The notes under the pieces are model-generated. The model had not been told where the DNA came from and did not search any database. It saw only the letters and a list, made by a program, of their open reading frames with translations. Both the position numbers and the translations under genes were made by a program. Source: an uncultured Alphaproteobacteria bacterium (GTDB lineage Bacteria > Pseudomonadota > Alphaproteobacteria > Rhizobiales > Methyloligellaceae). From it: a DNA stretch of 64,000 nt. The stretch's first letter is position 1, and each line of letters opens with the position of its first letter. Location: NCBI GenBank assembly GCA_963816805.1, contig CAWFLU010000015.1, positions 4,758 through 68,757 of the forward strand, in the 5' to 3' direction. Below are positions 57,440 to 64,000 of this stretch, piece by piece.

Positions 57440-59176
57440 ATGGTGCAGGATTCAAGTGAGTCGGGTTCGAAGGACCCACGTCAAAGCAATCTCGATCGCA
57501 GGGGAACGACCGCCCTCGCGGCGGTTCTCGCGGCCGGCTTGGCCGCAGCCGGACCGGCTGTGCCGGCGGCGGCTCAGGACCAACGACCAAATATTCTCTT
57601 CATTATGGGCGACGACGTTGGTTGGTTCAACATTGGCGCCTACCATCAAGGCATCATGTCGGGAAAGACACCGAATCTCGACCGGCTCGCGTCGGAAGGA
57701 ATGCGCTTCACCGACTACTATGCTGAGGCGAGCTGCACCGCCGGTCGCGCGAATTTCATCACAGGCGAATTGCCCATCCGCACCGGATTGACCACCGTTG
57801 GTCAGGCAGGCGCGGATGTCGGCATGCCGGCAGAGGCGCCCACCATCGCTACCGCATTGAAGGCGATGGGCTACACCACCGGTCAATTCGGCAAGAACCA
57901 TCTCGGCGACCTGAACAAATATCTCCCCTGTGTGCACGGCTTCGATGAGTTCTTCGGCTATCTGTACCACCTCGACGCCATGTCGGATCCGTACTGGTAT
58001 TCGTATCCAACGGATCCGGCGGTCCGTAACGCCGTCGGACCGCGTAATCTCGTTCATTGCTGGGCGAGCGACACCGACGACGCCACCGAGCAGCCGCGCT
58101 GGGGCAAAGTCGGTAAGCAAAAGATCGTCGACGAAGGCCCGCTTGCGCCGGGACCCTACACCGGACGCACGCCTTATGGCGGCGAGGGCGAGGGGGTCGG
58201 CGACGCCAAATACGACATGACCACATTCGACGACGAGCTGGTCAAGGATTCGATCGGCTTCATGAAGAAAGCCAAGGACAGCGGCAAGCCGTTTTTCCTC
58301 TGGCACAACACCACGCGCATGCATGTGTTCACGTTCCTCTCCGCCAAATACAAGGCGATGATGAACCCGGAGACGAATTTCGGGCTTGAGGAAGCAGGCA
58401 TGGCGCAACTTGACGATTCCATCGGCGCATTGCTGAAGGGGCTGGAAGATCTCGGCCTTGCCGACAATACGATCGTCGTCTTCTCAACCGACAACGGCGC
58501 GGAGGTGTTCACCTGGCCGGACGGAGGCATGACGCCGTTCCGAGCCACCAAAGGCACCGTCTATGAAGGCGGCTTCCGCGTGCCGGCGATCGTCCGCTGG
58601 CCAGGCAAGGTGCAGCCTGGCAAGGTCGAGAACGGCATCTTCTCTGGGCTCGACTGGTTCCCGACATTTGTCGCGGCAGCTGGCAACCCAAGAATTGTCG
58701 ATGAGCTGAAAGCCGGCAAGGACCTCGGCGGCACGACCTACAAGGTGCATCTCGACGGCTACGACCAGAACGACTTGCTGACCGGCAAGGGACCGTCGAA
58801 GCGGCATGAGGTTTGGTACTTCGCCGAATCCAACCTCGGCGGACTCCGTCTCGATGAGTTCAAGTATCGCTTCATCGACCAGCCGGAGGGTTGGCCGGGG
58901 CCGAAGGTTCCTATCAACATGCCGATCCTGGAGAACATCAAGCAAGATCCGTTCGAGCGGCTGCCGGTTTCGAATTTGCTCGAAGGCTCGCCGGCCTACT
59001 TCAACGACTTCTACGCGCGTGAGTTCTGGCGCTTCGTCTATGTCCAGCAGAAAGTCGGAGAGCTTGCACAGACGGCAATCGAGTTCCCGCCGATGCAGAA
59101 GGGCGCATCGTTCAACCTCTCCGCGGTGAAGGAGCAGGTCGAAGCCGCAATCGCCAAGGGGAAACCCGGTAACTAG
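57440..59176 (+). CDS. Arylsulfatase (type I, Cys-type formylglycine sulfatase), Tat-type leader
   Basis: PNILFIMGDDVGW, FGly motif SCTAGRANFITG and the GKNHLGD region. The N-terminus has DRRGTTALAAVLAAGLAAAGPAVPAAAQ. Confidence 0.93.
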   Translation: MVQDSSESGSKDPRQSNLDRRGTTALAAVLAAGLAAAGPAVPAAAQDQRPNILFIMGDDVGWFNIGAYHQGIMSGKTPNLDRLASEGMRFTDYYAEASCTAGRANFITGELPIRTGLTTVGQAGADVGMPAEAPTIATALKAMGYTTGQFGKNHLGDLNKYLPCVHGFDEFFGYLYHLDAMSDPYWYSYPTDPAVRNAVGPRNLVHCWASDTDDATEQPRWGKVGKQKIVDEGPLAPGPYTGRTPYGGEGEGVGDAKYDMTTFDDELVKDSIGFMKKAKDSGKPFFLWHNTTRMHVFTFLSAKYKAMMNPETNFGLEEAGMAQLDDSIGALLKGLEDLGLADNTIVVFSTDNGAEVFTWPDGGMTPFRATKGTVYEGGFRVPAIVRWPGKVQPGKVENGIFSGLDWFPTFVAAAGNPRIVDELKAGKDLGGTTYKVHLDGYDQNDLLTGKGPSKRHEVWYFAESNLGGLRLDEFKYRFIDQPEGWPGPKVPINMPILENIKQDPFERLPVSNLLEGSPAYFNDFYAREFWRFVYVQQKVGELAQTAIEFPPMQKGASFNLSAVKEQVEAAIAKGKPGN

Positions 59177-59193
59177 GACGAAATCCGATAGCG

Positions 59194-59222
59194 GGCAGGT
59201 GCCGGAGACTCCGGCGCCTGCC
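59194..59222 (+). other. Intercistronic 13-bp hairpin without a U-tract
   Basis: GGCAGGTGCCGGA-GAC-TCCGGCGCCTGCC (one G-U pair), 18 nt after the sulfatase stop codon. Confidence 0.5.
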
Positions 59223-59262
59223 TCCAACGTTCGCGTCAACTCCGCTTGTCGGGATACCCAAC

Positions 59263-59631
59263 TTGATCAGCCGCTACATCAAGCCGATCCTGATCGTCAC
59301 CGGTCTCATCACTGCGAGCATGATCGCCGCGGTTTTTGCGCCCGCACTCGTGCTCGACCAGCTTTTCGCCGAGCCGCCCTCCGACGCGGTAACCCTCGCC
59401 GTCATGCGGCATTGGGGCTTATTGGTGTTCTGCTTCGGTGGGCTGCTCGTCTGGGCGGCCTATCGCCCGGATTTGCGCAAGCCGGTGCTCGTCTTCACCA
59501 TCGTTGAGAAAGTCGCGCTGGTGCTCGGTATTTTGCTGCTGCCGTTGGCCCTGAAATCGGGCGCCTACGTTGCGGCCGGCACCGATGCCACGCTCAGCAT
59601 CGTCTATCTGCTCTATCTCGCCGGACTCTAA
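59263..59631 (+). CDS. Small integral membrane protein (about 4 TM), hypothetical
   Basis: TTG start. Hydrophobic segments ILIVTGLITASMIAAVFAPALV, WGLLVFCFGGLLVWAAY, VALVLGILLLPLAL and LSIVYLLYLAGL. Confidence 0.6.
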   Translation: MISRYIKPILIVTGLITASMIAAVFAPALVLDQLFAEPPSDAVTLAVMRHWGLLVFCFGGLLVWAAYRPDLRKPVLVFTIVEKVALVLGILLLPLALKSGAYVAAGTDATLSIVYLLYLAGL

Positions 59632-59642
59632 AGGATAGTCTC

Positions 59643-60677
59643 ATGCCCCTCATTTTCTCGGGCTTCCATATCGGCAACTTCGTGCGCTGCGTGGCGCTCG
59701 GTGTCGCGCTTCTAATGTGCGGAATGGCGCCGGGGGGAGCGGCCGGCGCCGATCCGCTGCCGTCATGGAACGACGGGGCGACCAAGCAATCGATCATCGA
59801 CTACGTGGCCCGCGTCACCAAGGAGGGTGGTCCCGATTTCGTCGCGCCTAAGGACCGGCTCGCCACCTTCGACAATGACGGCACGCTGTGGATCGAGATG
59901 CCGATGTACAACCAGTTCGTGTTCGCCATGGACGAGGTGAAGGCGCAAGTTAACCAGCATCCCGAGTGGAAGACCAAGGAGCCGTTCAAGTCAGTGCTCG
60001 CCGGCGACATGAAGGGCGTAGGCGCCATGGGCCAAAAAGGGATGTTGGAGATCGTCGCCGCCACGCATTCCGGCATGACGACGGTCGACTTCAACAAGAG
60101 CGTCAAGGGTTGGCTGGAGACCGCCAAGCATCCGCGCTTCAAGGTGCACTATACCGACCTTATCTACCAGCCGATGATCGAGCTGCTCGACTATCTGCGC
60201 ACCAACGACTTCGAGACCTTCATCGTCTCGGGCGGCGGCGTCGAGTTCATGCGGAACTTCGCCGACAAGACCTATGGCATCCCATCGGAGCAGGTGATCG
60301 GCTCCTCGGGAGTGACGCAATATGCGACGTGGGATGAGAAGCCCGTGCTGATCAAGGAGCCTAAAGTGCTTTTCGTCGACGATGGACCGGGCAAGCCTGA
60401 AGGCATCAATCATTTCATCGGGCGTCAACCAATCTTCGCCTTTGGCAATTCCGACGGCGACAAGGAGATGCTGGAATGGACCGCGGCCTGCGAGCATGCC
60501 TGCTTCATGGGCCTCGTGCATCACACCGACGCAGTGCGCGAATACGCCTATGATCGTAAGTCCGACGTCGGCAAGCTCGACAAGGCGCTCGACGAGGCGG
60601 TTGCCAAAGGCTGGACGGTGGTCGACATGAAGAACGACTGGAAGACCATTTTCCCGGCGCCGAAGGTCAATCCTTAA
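59643..60677 (+). CDS. Secreted HAD-superfamily hydrolase (HAD-IB-like)
   Basis: Signal peptide. Motif I FDNDGTLW. Motif IV GNSDGDKEM. Confidence 0.85.
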   Translation: MPLIFSGFHIGNFVRCVALGVALLMCGMAPGGAAGADPLPSWNDGATKQSIIDYVARVTKEGGPDFVAPKDRLATFDNDGTLWIEMPMYNQFVFAMDEVKAQVNQHPEWKTKEPFKSVLAGDMKGVGAMGQKGMLEIVAATHSGMTTVDFNKSVKGWLETAKHPRFKVHYTDLIYQPMIELLDYLRTNDFETFIVSGGGVEFMRNFADKTYGIPSEQVIGSSGVTQYATWDEKPVLIKEPKVLFVDDGPGKPEGINHFIGRQPIFAFGNSDGDKEMLEWTAACEHACFMGLVHHTDAVREYAYDRKSDVGKLDKALDEAVAKGWTVVDMKNDWKTIFPAPKVNP

Positions 60678-60686
60678 GAGGCTTGC

Positions 60687-61679
60687 ATGAGCATCGCGCG
60701 CAAGGCCAAGCGAGCAGGCGGCGGCAGGATCAGGCCGAAGCCGGAGATGATCTACGTGCCGGGCGGCGAGTTCACCATGGGCTCGGACGACCATTATGCC
60801 GAGGAGAAGCCGGCTCATCGCGTCAAGGTCGACGGCTTCTGGCTCGACAAGACTCTGGTGACGAATGCCGAGTTCCGCCGCTTCGTCAGGGAGACCGGCC
60901 ACGTCACCTTCGCTGAGATTGCGCCCGACCCCAAGGATTACCCCGGCGCGCTGCCGCATATGCTGCGCGCGGGCTCGCTCGTCTTCGTGAAGACGAAAGG
61001 TCCGGTCGATCTCACCAACTGGTCGAATTGGTGGACCTTCGCTTTTGGCGCCGACTGGCGGCATCCGTATGGGCCGGGGAGCTCGATCAAGGGGCTCGAG
61101 GATCACCCCGTCGTGCATGTCGCCTATCGCGACGCCGAAGCCTACGCGAAATGGGCCGGCAAGGAGCTGCCGAGCGAGGCGGAGTGGGAATTCGCCGCGC
61201 GCGGCGGCCTAGAGAACGCGGAGTTCGCCTGGGGCGATGAGCTCGAGCCGGGCGGCAAGTGTTTCGCCAATACCTGGCAGGGCGAGTTCCCGTGGCACAA
61301 TCTGCTCAAGGACGGTTACGAGGGGACTTCACCGATCGGCATCTATCCGCCCAACGGCCATGGCTTCTACGACATGATCGGCAATGTCTGGGAGTGGACC
61401 ACGGACTGGTATGCCTCGACCCACAAGCAGCAGCACGCATGCTGCATGCCGCAAAATCCGCGCGGGCCGCGCGAGGAGGACAGCTTCGATCCGTGCCAGC
61501 CCAAGATCAAGATCCCGCGCAAGGTGATCAAAGGCGGCTCGCATCTCTGCGCGCCGAGCTATTGCCGCCGCTATCGGCCGGCGGCGCGCCACGCCGAGCC
61601 GGTCGATACCTCGACCTGCCATCTCGGGTTCCGCTGCATCAAACGGGAAAGGACGACAAGCGATGACGCTCGCGCCTAG
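60687..61679 (+). CDS. Formylglycine-generating enzyme (SUMF1 family)
   Basis: MIYVPGGEFTMGSD, VTNAEFRRFV, PNGHGFYDMIGNVWEWT and KGGSHLCAPSYCRRYRPAAR (catalytic Cys pair). No signal peptide. Confidence 0.93.
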   Translation: MSIARKAKRAGGGRIRPKPEMIYVPGGEFTMGSDDHYAEEKPAHRVKVDGFWLDKTLVTNAEFRRFVRETGHVTFAEIAPDPKDYPGALPHMLRAGSLVFVKTKGPVDLTNWSNWWTFAFGADWRHPYGPGSSIKGLEDHPVVHVAYRDAEAYAKWAGKELPSEAEWEFAARGGLENAEFAWGDELEPGGKCFANTWQGEFPWHNLLKDGYEGTSPIGIYPPNGHGFYDMIGNVWEWTTDWYASTHKQQHACCMPQNPRGPREEDSFDPCQPKIKIPRKVIKGGSHLCAPSYCRRYRPAARHAEPVDTSTCHLGFRCIKRERTTSDDARA

Positions 61680-63300
61680 GCTTCCGCATCTGCTGCTTGG
61701 TTTGATGCTACTCGCTCTGGCGGCGTCGTCCGGTCCGGCGCGCGCGGAGGGCGATACGCCGATCCCGCCGTCGCTCACCACGCCAGATCAGGTCGGGACC
61801 TCGATCGGGACGCTCAAATTCCGCGACGGCATTCCCGATGCTGCGACGGCCGCCAAGATTTACGACCAGCTCGACTTCCAGCGCGGCGTCTCTGCCTTCC
61901 TCAACGGTCTTCGTGGCGTCTCGATCTACGCGGCACGCCAGGGCATCAGGGATGCCGGCGTGAAGGACAACGAGGGCGTCCTAATCTTCTCCGGGCTCAT
62001 GGACTCGCGCTCGCTGTTCCTGACCGCCAACGCCGACACCGTCTACTTCCTCGCCAATATCGATCTCTCCAAAGGGCCGATGGTTGTCGAGACGCCGCCG
62101 GACTCGCTCGGCTTGTTCGACGATCTCTGGTTCCGTTGGGTGATCGATTTCGGCGCGCCGGGCCCGGACCGCGGCATGGGCGGCAAATATCTCCTGCTGC
62201 CGCCGGGCTATGACGGGCCGCTGCCCGACGGCGGCTATTTCATCGGCAAACCCACGACCACCTCCGTCGCGCTGCTCGGGCGGTCGTTCCTCGTGAACAA
62301 CGATCCGAAGCCGACCGTCGAGACGATCAAGAAGACGCTCAAGATCTATCCCTACGTTCCGGGATCGTATGGGACGAGCATGGGCACCTTCCTGACCGGC
62401 AAGGGACCGCTCGCGCCGTTGAGCAAGCCCGGCACTCTGACCTTCGTCGAGGGCACCGGGCTCGCCATGAATAGCATCCCGCCCAACGACTTTTCCTATT
62501 ACGAGATGCTCAATGCGCTGGTACAGGAGCAGCCGGCGGAGGCGTTGCAGCCTGAGATCGGCGGCCAGTTCGCGGCGATCGGCATCGTCAAGGGCAAGCC
62601 TTTCAATCCCGATGCCCGTATGCGCAAGATCCTGACCGACGCCGTTGCGGTGGCGAATGCCGCCGGACGCACGATCGCCTTCACGCCGCGCGAGAGCGAG
62701 GGCTTCGGCTATTACGGCCCGGCGTCGAGATGGCTGAACCCGCTGTTTATCAGCGGCTACGATTTCATGCGGCCGCCGCCTGAGGTCAGCAAGGAGGGCG
62801 TGAAGCCCTATCCGAACACCGGAGCGCGCACGCTCGACGCGCGCACTGCCTTCTTCTATGTGGCGACCGGTGTGACCCCGGCGATGATCATGCGGATCCC
62901 CGAGGTCGGGTCGCAATATCTGTTCGGCATAACGGACGCGGATGGCGAGCCGTTCGACGGCGCAAAGACCTATAAAGTGACGCTGCCGCCCAACATCCCG
63001 GCGGCGAAGTTCTGGTCGTTCACGGTCTATGACAACCAGACTCGCTCGATGCTGCAGACGCCGCAGCGCTTCCCGCGCGCCGGCAGCCAGAGCTTCCCGA
63101 GCCCGGCTGCCCAGGCCGGCGCTGACGGCTCGACCGTTGTCTATTTTGGCCCGAACAAGCCAGACGGGGTGAAGGATGGAAACTTCATCCAGACTCTGCC
63201 CGGCAAAGGCTGGTTCGTGATCTTGCGACTGTACAGCCCGCTCGAGCCGTTCTTCGACAAGAGCTGGAAGGTGAGCGAGATCGAGAAGGTCGGTGGCTAG
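61663..63300 (+). CDS. Secreted DUF1254/DUF1214 two-domain protein (paralogue 2)
   Basis: Signal peptide MTLAPRLPHLLLGLMLLALAASSGPARA. DTVYFLANIDLSKGPMVVETPP and FWSFTVYD motifs. 17-nt overlap with the FGE gene. Confidence 0.9.
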   Translation: MTLAPRLPHLLLGLMLLALAASSGPARAEGDTPIPPSLTTPDQVGTSIGTLKFRDGIPDAATAAKIYDQLDFQRGVSAFLNGLRGVSIYAARQGIRDAGVKDNEGVLIFSGLMDSRSLFLTANADTVYFLANIDLSKGPMVVETPPDSLGLFDDLWFRWVIDFGAPGPDRGMGGKYLLLPPGYDGPLPDGGYFIGKPTTTSVALLGRSFLVNNDPKPTVETIKKTLKIYPYVPGSYGTSMGTFLTGKGPLAPLSKPGTLTFVEGTGLAMNSIPPNDFSYYEMLNALVQEQPAEALQPEIGGQFAAIGIVKGKPFNPDARMRKILTDAVAVANAAGRTIAFTPRESEGFGYYGPASRWLNPLFISGYDFMRPPPEVSKEGVKPYPNTGARTLDARTAFFYVATGVTPAMIMRIPEVGSQYLFGITDADGEPFDGAKTYKVTLPPNIPAAKFWSFTVYDNQTRSMLQTPQRFPRAGSQSFPSPAAQAGADGSTVVYFGPNKPDGVKDGNFIQTLPGKGWFVILRLYSPLEPFFDKSWKVSEIEKVGG

Positions 63301-63318
63301 GGTTAGTGCTTCGCCAAG

Positions 63319-63591
63319 CTAATTGGCCGATACGCAGACATTCTTGTCGGCCGACCACTTGCAGCCAAGCGAAGTGTCGGATTCGCAGATGGACTGGCCT
63401 CCGTGCGCGGCGCAGGCATCCTGTTTTGGCGCGGGGCCCGGATAGCATCCGCGCTTCTCGCCATCCCAGTGACACTCGGGGTCGCCTAGGCAGATCGCGG
63501 AATCGCCGGTCATGCAATGCTCTTCGGCGGCAACCCTAAAGGAACCGGCGCCGATCGCCAGCGTGAGCGCAGCCAGTGCCAGCGATCGCAT
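63319..63591 (-). CDS. Secreted cysteine-rich small protein (90 aa, 8 Cys in the mature part)
   Basis: GGAGG SD before the ATG at 63591. Signal peptide MRSLALAALTLAIGAGSFRVAA. Mature part EEHCMTGDSAICLGDPECHWDGEKRGCYPG...CAAHGGQSICESDTSLGCKWSADKNVCVSAN. Confidence 0.6.
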   Translation of the reverse strand: MRSLALAALTLAIGAGSFRVAAEEHCMTGDSAICLGDPECHWDGEKRGCYPGPAPKQDACAAHGGQSICESDTSLGCKWSADKNVCVSAN

Positions 63592-63858
63592 GGGGGACCT
63601 CCAGAGATCTGCAATCCTGACAACGATAGTTGAGCCGCGTCCAAGAGTGTAGACAAATTGACAGCGGGTGCAGGGGACATTGCGGCGCCTCCACTTTGCA
63701 TCGCCGAAAGGTTTGTTGCCTAGCGGCAACGTCCCGGCAATATTTGCCGATCGTTTAGGATTGCGGCGTGCCCGACCCACAACGGCTAAGCTGATTGAAA
63801 AAGTTGTAGGAAGCTCAAGCAATGAGCTTCCTCACAGTGTAACATCTAGGAGATGGCA

Positions 63859-63945
63859 ATGAGGATTCGTCTCGAAATTGCCGCGTCGCTCCTGTTGGCC
63901 GTGCCTGCTCACTTCGTCGCGGCATTACTGTTTTCCGTTCAGTGA
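63859..63945 (+). CDS. 28-aa hydrophobic mini-ORF, stop overlapping the next start (TGATG)
   Basis: AGGAG lies 6 nt upstream. MRIRLEIAASLLLAVPAHFVAALLFSVQ. Speculative. Confidence 0.25.
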   Translation: MRIRLEIAASLLLAVPAHFVAALLFSVQ

Positions 63946-64000
63946 TGAAGTGCCAAGGCTGCGATACCGAGAATCCGGACGGGGCCAAGTTCTGCAGTTC
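63945..64000 (+). CDS. 5' end of a zinc-ribbon-domain protein (continues past the right edge)
   Basis: MKCQGCDTENPDGAKFCS is a typical N-terminal CxxC...FC zinc-ribbon start. Only 18 codons are visible. Confidence 0.5.
   Translation, partial: MKCQGCDTENPDGAKFCS

Overview
High-GC chromosomal segment. Gene content looks alphaproteobacterial (Hyphomicrobiales-like), which is an inference, not a search result. I call about 60 protein genes. I found no rRNA, CRISPR array, transposase, integrase or phage gene, and no clear defence system.

Main blocks:
- 1-11.4 kb: short orphan secreted or membrane genes, plus an amidohydrolase, an MscS channel and a methyltransferase.
- 11.6-15.7 kb: three-subunit molybdo-oxidoreductase (2Fe-2S, Mo and tri-haem cytochrome c subunits).
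- 17-18.4 kb: acetoacetate decarboxylase next to two decayed genes.
- 20.8-22.4 kb: orphan ATP-grasp ligase.
- 23.3-25.9 kb: tandem cfa-type methyltransferases.
- 28.1-29.8 kb: XdhC/MocA molybdenum-cofactor maturation genes.
- 29.8-31.3 kb: TonB-like protein with 81-bp repeats.
- 34.8-38.7 kb: DegT aminotransferase, Gfo/Idh/MocA oxidoreductase, lpxB and a MEKHLA protein.
- 38.9-43.4 kb: RND efflux pair.
- 43.5-44.8 kb: small molybdate locus containing a compound microsatellite.
- 44.8-47.2 kb: aguBA and idi.
- 48.4-53.3 kb: PQQ dehydrogenase cluster with a lanthanide-type DxD motif.
- 54.9-63.3 kb: periplasmic sulfatase / FGE / HAD / DUF1254-DUF1214 cluster. This is my best candidate for an uncharacterised system.

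The most striking general property is the density of truncated or frame-disrupted genes, including a tRNA-Ser(CGA) copy without a D-arm. All family assignments come from motif recognition by eye, not database searches.
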